This document shows positions 48,070 through 61,676 of a stretch of 64,000 bases of DNA, one piece after another. Each line of letters opens with the position of its first letter. Within the stretch, counting starts at the first letter, position 1. The stretch spans positions 107,758,001 through 107,822,000 of the forward strand of contig NC_045697.1 in the NCBI RefSeq assembly GCF_009834535.1, in the 5' to 3' direction. Under the pieces are notes generated by a model, which saw only the letters and a list, made by a program, of their open reading frames with translations, was not told where the DNA came from and made no database searches. The DNA comes from Camelus ferus. Lineage: Eukaryota. A program made the translations under genes and the position numbers.

Positions 48070-51000
48070 AAACTACATTACCATAGGGAGATAAGAAAAT
48101 GTAGATTTTCTTTCTTGTCCTTCTTAGAATGTGTTTGAGCCTATATGATTACCAGTCTAAAGCAAATAGATACAATAATGGGTTAACATAATGGAAAACA
48201 GGTTAACCACAAATCAAAAGCATACAATAGAGTCACAAAAACCAAAAAGGAAAGAAACCAAGCTAATACAAAAGAAAATTATCAAACCACAAAAGGAAAA
48301 AAAAAAAAAAAAGAAAAAGAAAAAGAAAGGAACAAAGAAGAAATACAAAATCAACTGGAAAACAAAGTTTAAAATGGCAACAAACACACATCTGTCAATA
48401 ATTACCGTAAATGTCAATGGACTAAATGTCCCAATCAAAAGACACAGAGTGGCAGATTGGATAATAAAACAAGAACCTACAATATGCTGCCTACAAGAGA
48501 CTCACTTTGGAGTGAAGGACACACACAGATTGAAAGTGAGAGGAAAAAGATATTTCATGCAAATAGAAAAGACAAGAAAGTGGAGGTAGCAATCCTCATA
48601 TCAGATAAAATAGACTTTAAAACAAAGGCCATAAAGAAAGATAAAGAAGGACACTATATAATGATAAAATAGGAGCAATACAAGATGAGGATATTACACT
48701 TGTTAACATATATGCACCCAATATAGGAGCACTTATATTAATAAATACATAAAGCAAATACTGTCAGACATAAAGGGAGAAACTGATGGGAAACAGTAAT
48801 AGTAGGGGACTTTAACACCCCATTAACATCATTGGACAGGTTTTCCAGACAGAAAATCAATAAGGCAACATAGATAGTAAATAACACAATAGAACAGTTA
48901 GACTTAGTTGATATTTTCAGGACATGACATCCCCCCAAAACAGGATGTACATTATTTTCAGGTACATATGGAACATTCTCTGGGATAGACCACATACTCG
49001 GGCACAGAAGAAGCCTCAACAAACTTAAGAGGATAGAAATTATTTCAAGCATCTTTTCTGACCACAATGGCATGAAACTAGAAATCAGCTACAGAAAGAA
49101 AAATGAGAAAAAAATGACTGTGTGGAGACTAAACAACATGCTACTAAAAAAACCAATGAGTCAATTATGAAATCAAAGAAGAAATTAAAAAATACCTTGA
49201 GACAAATGACAATAAAAACACAGTGGCACAAAATCTATAGGATGCAGCAAACACAGTTCTAAGAGAGAAGTTCAAAACAAGAGCCTTCCTCAAAAAACAA
49301 GAGCTATCTCAAATAAACAACCTAACCTACCATCTAAAAGAACTGGAAGAACAAACAAAACCTAAAGTCAGCAGAAGGAAATAAATAATAAAGACAAGGG
49401 AGGGAAAAAGGAAAGAGATTTAAAAAACAATGGAAAAAACCAATCAAACCAAGGGCTGGTATTTTGAAAGAGTAAACCAATTAGACAAACCCTTTGGCCA
49501 GGCTTACCAAGAAGAAAAGAGAAAGGACACAAGTAAATAAAGTGAGAAAGGAAAATGGAGAAATTAGAACCAACACCACAGAAATAGAAAAAAACCGTAA
49601 GAGAATACTATGAACAATGATATGACAACAAATTGGACAACTAGCAGAAAGAGAAAAGTTTCTAGAAACATACAGTCCACCAAAACTGAATCAAGAAGAA
49701 ATAGATCATTTGAACAGACCAATCACTAGAAGAGAAACAGAATCAGCAATAAAAAGCCTCCCTGCAAGCAAAAGTTCAGTATCAGATGGTTTCACTGGAA
49801 AATTCTACTGAACATACACAGAAGAACTCATACTGATCTTTCTCAAACTCTTCCAAAAGACTGAAGAGGAGGGAACACTCCCAGACACATTCTATGAAGC
49901 CACCATTACCCTGATACCAAAGCCAAACAAAGACACTACCAAAAAAGAAAATTACTGGCTAATATCGTTGATGAACATAGATGCAAAAATCCTCAACAAA
50001 ATATTAACAGACACAATCCAACAACACATAAAAAATATCATACACTACAATCGAGTTGGATTCATCCTAGGGTGATAAGGGTGGTTCAACATATGCAAAT
50101 CAATCAACATTTGACACCTCAACAGAAGAAAGGATAAAAATCACATGATCATCTCAATAGATGCAGAAAAAGAATTTGATAAAATTCAACACCCTTTTAT
50201 GATAAAAACTCTTACCAAAGTGGGTATAGAGGAAGCATATAGCAACATAATAAAAGCAATTTATGATAAACCCACAGTCAACATAATACTCAACAGTGAA
50301 ATGTTGAAAGCTTTCCCACTAAAATTTGGAATGTCCACTCTCACCACTTGTATTCAACATAGTATTGGAAGTCCTAGCCACAACAATCAGACAAGGAAAG
50401 GAAATAAAAAGGATGCAAATTGGAAGAGAAGAGATAAAATTGTCACTATGTGCAGATGTCATGACACTGTACATAGAAGACCCTAAAGGCCCACACAAAA
50501 ACTGCTAGAGCCAATAAAAGAATTCTGCAAGGTAGCAGGATACAAGATTAACATACAGAAATCAGTGGCATTTCTTTACACTAACAATGAAATACCAGAA
50601 AAGGACAGTAAAGAAACAATTCTTTTTAAAATTGCATCCCCAAAAGTAAAATATTTAGGAATAAACATGACCAAGGAGGTGAAACACTTATACATGGAGA
50701 ACTACAAAACATTGATTAAGGAAATTAAAGGTGATTTAAAGAAATTAAAACCTATCCCATGTGCTTGGATTGGAAGAATCAATATTGTTAAAATGTCCAT
50801 ACTGCCCAAAGCAATCTACAGATTTAATGTGATCCCTATCAAATTATCCAGAACATTTTTCACAGAATTAGAACAAATAATCCTAAAATTTATATGAAAC
50901 CGCAAAACATGCAGAATTGCCAAAGCAACACTGAAGAAAAAGAACAGAGCCGGAGAAATAACCCTCCCAGACTTCATATAATACTACAGAGCTACAGTAA

Positions 51001-52506
51001 TCTAAACAGCAGTTGTACTGGCACAAAAATAGAGATATGGGTCAATGGGACAGAATAGAGAGCCTAGAAATAAACCCACAGACTTACGGTCAATTAATCT
51101 TCAACAAAGGAGGCAAGAATATACAATGGAGAAAACACAGTCTCTTTGGCAAGTGGTGCTGGGAAAACTGGATAGCAGCATGTAAGTCAATGAAGTTAGA
51201 ACACTCTCTCATACCATACACGAAAATAAACTCAAAATGGCTTAAAGACTTAAACATAAGACAAGACACTATAAACCTAGAAGAAAACATAGGCAAAACA
51301 TTTTGGGACATAAATCTTAGTAATGTTCTCCTTGGGCAGTCTACTCAGGCAATAAAAATAAAAGCAAAACTAAACAAATGTAACCTAGTTAAACTTACAA
51401 CTTTTTGCACAGCAAAGGAAACCATAAACAAAATGAAAAGACAACCCAAGGAATGGGATAAAATATTTGCAAATGATGTGACTGACAAAAGTTTAATTTC
51501 CAGAATATATAAACAGCTCATACAACTTAATAACGAAAGAAACAAACAACCCAAGGCAAAACTGGACAGAAGACCTAAGCAAACATTTATCCAGTGAAGA
51601 CATACAAATGGCCAATAGTCACAGGAAAAAATGCTCAATATTGCTAATTATCAGAGAAATGCAAGTCAAAACTACAATGAAGTGTATTACCTCAAACCAG
51701 TCAGCATGGCTATTATTGAAAAGTTCACAAGTAATAATAAATGCTGGAGACGGTGCGGAGAAAAGGGAACCCTCCTACACTGTTGTTGGGAATGTAGTTG
51801 GGTGCAGCCATTATGGAAAAAAGTATGGAGATTCCTCAAAAACCTAAAAATTAATTTACCATATGATCCAGCAATCCCACTTCTGGGCATGTATCTTGAG
51901 GGAACTCTAATTTGAAAAGATACATGCCCCCATGCTCCCCAGTGTTCATAGCAGCACAGTTTACAATAGCCAAGACATAGAAACAACCTAATGTCCATTG
52001 ACAGATGACTGGATAAAGAAGTTGTGGTATATTTATACAATGGAATACTACTCAGCAATAAAAAAGAATGAAATAATACCATTTGCAGCAACATGGATGG
52101 ACCTGGAGATCGTCAATCTAAGTAAAGAAAGCCAGAAAGAGAAAGAAAAATACCACATGATATCACTTATATATGGAATCTTAAAAAAAAATACACAAAT
52201 GAACTTATTTACAAAACAAAAACAGACTCACAGACATAGAAAACAAACATATGGTTTCCAGGAGGGGAAGTGGGTAGGAAGGGATAAATTGGGAGTTTGA
52301 GATTTCCAGATACTAACTACTATATTTAAAATAGATAAACAACAGTTTTATAGTATATTGAACAGGGAACTATATTCAATTATCTTGCAGTAACCTATAA
52401 TGAAAAAGAATATATAAAGAAATATATGTATGTATATGTATGACTGAAACATGCTGTACACCAGAAATTGACATAATATTGTAAACTGACTATACTTAAA
52501 TAAAAC
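48070..52506 (+). mobile_element. 5'-truncated LINE-1 (~4.4 kb): inter-ORF spacer, whole decayed ORF2 and 3'UTR
   Basis: Continuous L1 similarity from the inter-ORF spacer to the 3' end (gtaaactgactatacttaaataaaa), with several ORF2-like ORF fragments in the track. Confidence 0.95.
48374..52183 (+). pseudogene. Inactivated L1 ORF2 (endonuclease, reverse transcriptase, C-terminal domain)
   Basis: Starts MATNTHLSIITVNVNGLNVPIKRHRVADWI...CCLQETH (endonuclease). RT motifs [18 protein letters not shown] and [11 protein letters not shown] (catalytic FADD mutated). Many stops and frameshifts. Confidence 0.93.
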
Positions 52507-55500
52507 AAGGAAATATTATACTGGACGTGTTATATTTCTGCTTTGAATTCTACCTTTCAATTTTTAATGACAACTTATTCTTTTATGTGGCAAGAATGGA
52601 CAGAGTGTTCTTTTTCATCCCAAGCAGATGGAATTAAATCTGAGGGCATCTGTTAAGTGCATCTTTCTACACTTTTGCAAATATTTACTATACATATATC
52701 TCTATCATTGTTTGTACCAGATGTGCTGTTATGCTGAACATGTGCTAATTTCATGTGCTTGGTTGTAGTTAGCATGTAGATAATTTGAACATGTTTGCTT
52801 GTTAAAAATTTTCATGTCATTATATAGCTATTCTATTTAATGGCTTTGAAAGACTCTTTCTCTGGAGAGAGCCAAACCAGAATGAATTATTTGTAATTGC
52901 CTTCTTTTGGCTGGCATGTTCTGCGTTCTGTGTTGTGTCTTCTCAGTCATATCAGCCAGATTTAGGAGAGAAATCACAGGGGGCTCTGTTCAGACAGTTA
53001 CTTGTATGATTCCGCCAGAGGCACTGGCTCTTTGATCTTCTACTAGTGTAGTTCTTCTGATCTTTTATTCTGGGAGGTGTTTGTGTCTCTGTATGATAGA
53101 TGTTTCACTGACCAAAGTAAATGGAAGAAAATTTTCTCCAGCCTTTAAATGTATTGCTTCCTTGTTCTTTCAAAAAACACACTTTTCTTGGGTAAGAACA
53201 TTTCAGAGGTGTTTGGCATCAAATCAACAGAATTGTGGCCTTTAATGGAATTTGAAGCACTGAAAGTGGTTTGATTGGTGAGAATCTATTTTTATTTCTT
53301 TCTCCTTGACTGTACTCCCTTTTCACAGTAAGGAAACAAGCCTCCTCCTCATCCTCTTTTTTTTTTTTTTTTTTTTGGAAACAGGAGTATGTGATTTCAC
53401 TGAATTTTGTTCTTTGGCTCTTATTGTCACTTTCTCCCTTGAAGGAGAGGAAAAACTCCCAACTGTGTGCAGAGTAAATTAAATTATGAGGAAAATAGTC
53501 TGTGAAGTGAAACAAGATGAACTGAGGTTTTGGAACTGAATCTAAGCGTTGCCATGATGTTGTAGATAGCCTAACCATCATTCAGAAACATATTAGTCAT
53601 TGTGATACACTGTTGTTTTGACTAATTACCCTGTAGGCTGGCTGGCAGACTGAATTGCTCAAGTCACCTAGTAATTTTGATCAAATCAACGAGTAATTAT
53701 AGTTTTGTGCAGGCAACAAATATAGAATACTGATTATGTTAGACTAAAGAAGATGTTATTGTGATATAATCATGTAAAATATTTAACTCTAGCATTAGAG
53801 CAGTCCTTTACCTTTTTCTTGCTTTAGGGTGTAAGTTCTCAGAATACAGGATGAAAAAAGGTGGTGGCAACTTTTTCGAAGAGGATAATTTTATTCTCTC
53901 AATGATCAATATAGAAACATGTGAAAGGTCCTCTGGTGCTAAGGTAAAACCTTATATTTTAAATGTACTTTAATTATCATAAGCATATTTTTGGAAGCCC
54001 TCAGGACTAAATATGGTCAGATTTAAAGTTTAACATTCTCTTTAGATTTCTTACAGAAAGAACCTAGACATGAATAATTCATATGACAGAGCCAGAAGTT
54101 ATTGCTGTTAATTTCCCTATCAGTTTATTAGCTAAATACTAGAATTAGCATAACCAGGTCTACCTGAAAGCCAAATACTTAGTGTATTTGTTTGATTTCC
54201 ATTCTGTCAGTATCCTTTCCCTCACTTTTGAGGAATCTTTTTCCAGAGTTTGCTGTTTATTACCGAATTGCTAATTGGCAATGTTTGTTTGATCTATTTG
54301 TGGGTGTAAATTTAAAATATTTTGGAAACAGAGACATGTTTACTTAATGGGAAAAAAAATCTGTCTTTAATTTTATTTGAGTTGTCTCCTGGATGGTTTG
54401 CCTATATTAGATTCCTTTTCCATGAAAGCAGGAAATAGAATTTACTTGGAACTTAGTGCAAATTTGCTGTATAATTAATATTTATGAAGCTCCTCTAGGG
54501 TAGTTATTCTGATGGAAGCTCCACAGTTGTGTAGTAACCTCATCCAGTGTATATATCCTTGACCTCCCAAAAAAATCAAAGAAAGAGAGGGCAGTAGCTT
54601 AAAGGATTCAGATACTTGTGAGTTTATTCTTGGGGAATTGTAGGTGTACATACCTGCTGTTTCCTTATTGGTCTCTCTCTCTACCTGCCTCTCATAGTGT
54701 GAGTATCTCACTGTGCTGAAAATCACTCTTGCGTTTGAAGATACACGTTATTGTTTGTACAACCTCACCCCAAATGCCTACTGCTTTGTTGGATACTCAA
54801 CTATTTCTTCAACTTAATGAGAAAATGTCTGTTGGTTTCCAACAAGTGCCTTGCTAAGGGGTGTTCAGGAGTCATGTCTTGTCTTATGCCCTGATATTGG
54901 AACCTGTTCTCCAGATAAGTTCCATTCCAGTAGTATCGACTCAGATAATTAATTTTTGGTAATCCTGCAGGGCATAGAATGGGAATGAATTATTATGCAT
55001 ATATATGTTAATGTTATGTAACATTATTCTTGCCAATAAAGGAATGACCAAATTCCTCTTTTGCTTCCCTACCTCTTCACAGATCCTTTAATTGTAAGTG
55101 GTTAATTAAAGTGCAGGATGCTTTTCCGGGGAAAGTAGGAACCATTGTCTACTCTTCTTGCTCATAGTTTTCTACCTGAAGCACCAACTCTAGGGAGAAA
55201 TAGTGCCAAATGCAAAATTTATCTGAAACAAAAGTCAGTTTAAAACATTGACTTTGATTTTTCTTTTCTAGCTTTTGCTTTCTTTTCCTTTCCTCTCTGT
55301 GCAAAACACATTGATACCCACATGTAAATTTAGTAGAGAAGAGTTTTAATTAAAGAAGTACAGATAGCCTGAAACCATTTTCGAGTCTGTGCCAGTCACT
55401 CTAGGGGCAAGTGTAGATAAATTGCAGCGGAATTTGGGAGAGTTGCGATCTACCCAGGTGTTTCTGGAGGCTTATAGATAAATTAATGCCTTCTTTCCCA

Positions 55501-57613
55501 TGAGGACAGCCTCTGCAGGTCTCCTTACGGGGCTGGCAGCCATCCAGTCAATAAGCCACCCTTGGTGAGACAGAGGAACTGCTTAATGTAAGTCATTTCG
55601 GTTTTTACTTTTATTGCTTGGAAAGGCATCCCAGTAAGCCAAATGCTGGACCCCTAAGCAGAAATTAAGAGCCTCCATTATCCTTTGTTAATTGCACATT
55701 ACACATGGTTCTATTGTGGAGTCTCTGAAAAGGTAGCAACTAAAGATTAGTATTTTCATCTGTGCGCAGAGCTAGACTTGTGTATGTTTGTGTACATGGA
55801 TGTGGATGCATTTCTGTGCATGAGAAGATGGGGAGAGAGAGAGAGAGAAAATGCACCTGTCAGTGAGATAAAGCACTTCTCCTTTCACGGGTAACGAGTC
55901 TCTTACCAGTTCTGTTTGAAGTCCACAGAATGATTTTGTGGCAAAATCAGGCTTCAGAGCAGTGAGAACTGATGGTAATGAGTACAATATTTTTTAAAGA
56001 AAGTTTAAGAAACCTATTTACAGGTGCATAATGATCTTTAGTTTTCAGGGCAAATGTCAGTTTGAAAGAATAGGTTTTGTACAAATGGAAAAAAAATCCT
56101 ATAATAAAGCCAAATAATTTTAAAAAGTGGCAGTGGGTAGTGGTGACACTGCTCAAGCATAACTACAGCAAATTGCAGTGCTGGACGCTTTTTTGGATAA
56201 AAGAAATCTTCACTGTGAGCTATATTTACTTTGACTGATTTTGGTTTTTCTTTAAAAAAAAGTCCTTACAAATTACTGAGATCCTTACAGACCCCTGAGA
56301 AGCCCAGGGTTCCTCTGACTACATATGGAGAAACATGCATCTAGACTGACCAATATTTTGACAGAACGTTAACCTTCCAGATTCCTAGAGCTGTGAATGT
56401 CATTAGCTGAAGGTAAACTGCCTACATTTAATTCAATAAATAGTATTGCACAATAACATTAAAATAAGCATTTTGAAAAAGTGGTCCTTAAAAATAAGAG
56501 TACCACTCTTCTGAATTCTTCACGCTTTCCTAGTATGTCACTTTCATCTGTGTTTATCCCATTGGCAGTTACCAACTTACAGGCTACAGATGGAGTTGGT
56601 TTTCCTTTGTGTGTTTTCTATTAAATGCTTTTCAAGCCTTTTGTGGTCATTATAATTGATTCAAATAGCATATTACATTAATGTAATCTTTTATCCGTAC
56701 TCATATCCACCGGGCTGTATGGCCGTTGTGCAGGCTTTTCCCTTTCCCAGAGAGACAAAGAAGAGACTTCAAGTGCCCTGTAATTGCTACACTTGAGCTG
56801 GGCTTAGGTACTTTCCTTTTGTTTAGGATGTTCTTTTGCTTTTATTTTGTTAAATTAAAAAAATGTTTTCACTAAGTAGTTCATAATCATGGTACCAAAT
56901 TCAGAAAGTGAAGATGTAGGGACACAATGAAAAGCAAGTTGCCCTGCCTCCCTGTTCCTAGACACCCTGTGCCCCTCTGCTGAGGCAGCCAGCTCAAAGT
57001 CCTTGTGTGACTTCACATAGATGGGCTATGCTTTTACAAGCACACAGAACAACACATTCCTTTTTTTCCTTACACAACTGGTGATGTAATATACTTGCTG
57101 TTCTGTACATATCCTGGCAGCCTTTCCATATCAGTACATGCAGAGCTGCATCCTTTTTTTAAATTAAAATAATTTTTTATTGAAGTAAAGTTGATGTACA
57201 ATATTATATAAGTTACAGGTGTACAATCTAGTGATTCACAATTTTTTAAAGGTTCTACTCCATTTATAGTTATTGTAAAATATTAGCTATATTCCCTGTG
57301 CTGTACAATATATCCTTGTAGCTTATTTTATACCTAATAGTTTGTACCTTTTAATTCTCCACCTCTGTATTGCCCCTTCCCCTTCCTTCTCCCCATTGGT
57401 AACCTCTAATTGTTCTCTGTATCTGTGTTTGCTTCTTTTTTTTGGTTGTATTCACTAGTTTCTTGTATTTATAAGATGCCACATAAAAGTGATACCATAC
57501 AGTATTTGTTTTTCTCTGTCTGACTTCCTTCCATTAACATAATATCCGCCAAGTCTATTCATGTTGCTGCAAATGGCAAAATTTCATACTTTTTAATGGC
57601 TGAGTAGTATTCC

Positions 57614-57615
<2 letters not shown>

Positions 57616-57661
<46 letters not shown>
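57616..57661. repeat. (TG)23 microsatellite within L1
   Basis: Read directly. Confidence 0.95.
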
Positions 57662-57665
<4 letters not shown>

Positions 57666-60242
57666 CACAAACCATATGTTTATTCATTCATCTGTTGATG
57701 GACACTTTGGTTGCTTCCTTATCTTGGCTGTTGTAAATTGTGCTGCTGTGAATGTTGGGGTGCATGTATCCTTTTGAATTAGTGTTTTTGTTTTTATTTG
57801 AATGTGTACTCAGGAGTGGAATTGCTGGGTCATATAGTAGTTTAATTTTAGTTTTTTGAGAAACCTCCATACTGTTTTCCACAGTGCACCAATTTATATT
57901 CCCACCAGCAGTGTATGAGGGTTCCCTTTTCTCCACAACCTTGCCAACATTTGTTATTTGTGTTCTGTTTGATGATAGCCATTCTGACAGGTGTGAGGTG
58001 ACAATCTCATTGTAGTCTTGATTTGCATTTCCCTGATGATTGTCAGTGTTGAGCATCTTTTCATGTGCCTGTTGGCCATCTGCAGTTCCTCTTTGTAAAA
58101 ATGTCTCTTCAGTTCTTCTGCTCATTTTTTAATTGGATTGTTTGTGTTTTTTGATGTTGAGTTGTAGGAGCTGTTAATATTTGTTGGACATTAACCCCTT
58201 ATTGATCATATAGTTTGCAAATATTTTCTCCCATTCTGTAGGTTGATTTTGTTTTGTTAATGGTTTCCTTTGCTGTGGAAAAGCTTTTAAGTTTAATTAG
58301 GTCCCATTTGTTTATTTTTGTTTTTATTTCCTTTGCTCTAGGAAACAGATCCAAAAAATATTACTACGATTCATGTCAAAGAGTGTTCTGCTTATGTTTC
58401 CTCTAGGAGTTTTATGGTTTCCAGTCTTACGCTTAGTTCTTATATCCATTTTGACTTTATTTTTGTATATGGTGTTACAGAATGTTCTAATTTCATTCTT
58501 TTATGTGTAACTGTCCAGTTTTCCTACTACCACCTATTGAAGAAACTGTTTTTTCTCCATTGTATGTTCTTGCCACCTTTATTGTAGAGTAATACCATAA
58601 GTGTGTGGTTTTCTATCAGGCTCTCTATCCTGTTTCATTGATCTGTGCGTGTTTTTATGCTAGTACTATACTGTTATGATGTCTGTAGCTTTGTAGTGTA
58701 GTCTAAAGTCAGGGAGCATGATTCCTCCAAATTGTTCTTCTTTCCCAAGATTGTTTTGGCTCTTTGGGGTCTTTTTTGTTTCTGTATAAATAAAAAATCA
58801 TTTGTTCTAGTTCTGTGAAAAATGTCATTCGTATTTTGATCGAGATTGCACTGAATCTGTAGATTGCCTTGAGTACTATGGTCAGTTTTAGCAATCTTAA
58901 TTATTAATTTTTCTAATCCAAGAACACAGCATATCTTTCCATCTGTTTATGTTGTCCTCAATTTCTTTGATCAGTGTCTTATAGTTTTTTGGGTACAGGT
59001 CTTTTACCTCGTTAGGTAGGTTTATTCCTAGGTATTTTGTTCTTTTTGATGCAGTGGTAAATGGGACTGTTTCCTTAATTCTTCTTTCTGGTAGTTCACT
59101 CTTAGTGTATAGAAATGCATCAGATTTCTATGTATTTATTTTGTATCCTGCAACTTTACTGACTTCATTGATGAGCTCTAGTAATTTTCTGGTGGTGTCT
59201 TTATGATTTCTGTGTATAGTATCATGTCATTGGCAAACAGTGACAGTTTTACTTCTTCCTTTCCAATTTGGATTCTTTTTATTTCTTTTTCTTGTCTGAT
59301 TGCTGTGGCTAGGACTTCTAATACTATGTTGAAAAAAAGTGGCATATGTGGACATCTTTATCTTATTCCTGGTCTTAGAGAAAATGCTTTTAGCTTTCTG
59401 CTGTTGAGTGTGATGTTAGCTGTGGGTTTGTCATACATAACCTTTATTATGTTGAAGTATGTTCCCTCTGTGCCTACTTTCTGGGGGAGTTTTTAATCAT
59501 AAATGGATGTTGAATTTTATCAAAAGCTTTTTCTGTAGCTGTTGAGATGATCATATGGTTTTTATTCTTCAATTTGTTAATGTGGTGTATCACATTGATT
59601 GGAATGTAGATATTTAAAAATTCATGCATCCTTAGGATAAATCCCACTTGATCATAGTGTAAGATCCTTTAAACGTATTGTTGGATTCAGTTTGCAGATA
59701 TTTTGTTGAGGATTTTTGTATCTATGTTCATCAGTGATATTGATCTGTAATTTTCTTTTTTTCTTTAATCTTTTTGTCTGGTTTGGTATCAGGGTGATGC
59801 TGGCCTCATAGAATGAGCTTTGAAGTGTTCATCCTTCTGCAACTGTTTGGAATATTGTGAGAAGGATAGTGTTAAATCTTCTTTAAATGTTTGTTAGAAT
59901 TCCGCTGTGAAGCCATCTGGTCCTGGACTTTTGTTTGTTGGGAGTTTTTAAATTACTAATTCAATTTCATTACTGGTAATTGGTTTGTTCATATTATCTA
60001 TTTCTTCCTGGTTCAGTCATTTGAGATTATACCTTTCTAAGAATTTGTTCATTTCTTCTTGGTTTTCCATCTTATTGACATATAGTTGTTCATGGTAGTA
60101 TTTTTATAGACATTTTTATTTCTGTGTTGTCAGTTGTAACTCCTTTTTCAGTTCTAATTTTATTGCTTTGGGCCCTCTCCCTTTTTTCTTGATGAATCTG
60201 GCTAAGGTTTATCAACTCTGTTTACCTTTGCTAACAACTATC

Positions 60243-61676
60243 TTTTTGTTTGTTTTTTTTAAAATTATTTTTTATTAAAGTATAGTTGATTTACAGTGTT
60301 TCAGGTATATAGCAAAGAGATACAGGTTTATATACATATATTCTTTTTCAGATTCTTTTTTATTATAGGTTATTGCAAGATATTGAATATAGTTCTCTGT
60401 GCTATCCAGTAGATCTTTGTTGTTTATCTATTTTATATATGGTAGTGTGTTTCTATTAATCTTAAATCCTTAATTTATCCCTCTGCCCCTTTTTCCCCTT
60501 TGGTAACCATACATTTATTTTATATGTTTGTATGTCTATTTCTGTTCTGTAAATAAGTTCATTTGTATGATTTTTTAGATTCCACATATTAAGTGATATC
60601 ATATGATATTTGTCTTTCTCTGTCTGACTTACTTCACCTAGTATGATAATCTCTAGGTCCACCCATGTTGCTGTAAATGGCATTATTTCATTCTTTTTAT
60701 GGACGAGTAATATTCCAGTGTATATAGATACATACACACTCCATCTTCTTTATCCATTCATCTGTCAGTGGACATTAGGCTGCTTTCATGTCTTGACTAT
60801 TGTAAATAGTGTTGCTATGAACATTGGGGTGCATGTATCTTTTAAAATTAGTTTTCATCTTTTTGGGATTGCTGGATCATATGGTGACTCTATTTTTAGG
60901 TTTTTAAGGACCCTCTATACTGTTCTTCACAGTTGCTGCACCAATTTACATTCCCACCAACAGTGTAGGAGGGTTCCCTTTTCTTAACACCCTCTCCCAC
61001 ATTTATTATTTGTAAACTTTTTGATGATGACCATTCTGACTGGTCTGAGGTGATCCCTCTTTGTGGTTTTGATTTGCAATTCTCTAATAATTGGTGATGT
61101 TGAGCATCTTTTCACATCCAGTTTGGAGTATGTGCCTATGTGTCTTTGGAGAAATGTCTATTTCAGTCTTCAGCCCATTTTTTAATTTTTCAAAATATTG
61201 AGCTGTATAAGCTGTTTGTACATTTTAGAAAGTAAGTCCTTGTTGGTCACCTCATTTGCAAATATTTTCTCCCATTCTGTAGGTTGTCTTTTTGTTTTGT
61301 TTATGGTTTCCTTTGCTGTGCAAATCTTCTACATTTAATTAAGTCCCATTTGTTTATTTTTGTTTTTGGTTCTATTGCTCTAGGAGACAAATCCAAAAAA
61401 TGTTGCTGTGATTTATGTCAGACTGTATTCTGTCCATGTTTTCCTCTAGTAGTTTTAGAGTATCTGGTCTTACATTTAGGTCTTTAATATGTTTTGAGTT
61501 TATTTCTGTGTATGGTGTTAGAGAATGTTCTAATTTCATTCTTTTACATGTGACTGTCCAATTTTCCCAGCCCCACATTTTGAAGAGACTGTCTTTTCTT
61601 CATTGTATATTCTTGCCTCCTTTATCGTAGATTAATTGACCATAAGTACATGGATTTATTTCTGGGCTTTCTATCC
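60243..61676 (-). mobile_element. Younger 5'-truncated LINE-1 nested in ORF2 of the host L1
   Basis: A new T-rich tail and 3'UTR begin at ~60243. ORF2 C-terminal ORFs at 60462..60737 and 61372..61578 (-). Host ORF2 resumes at ttgatcttttctgttg (~61678). Confidence 0.9.

Noticed and set aside
48374..52183. Active reverse transcriptase system
   Set aside because: Numerous stops and frameshifts, a mutated catalytic motif (CADV), and no 5'UTR or ORF1.
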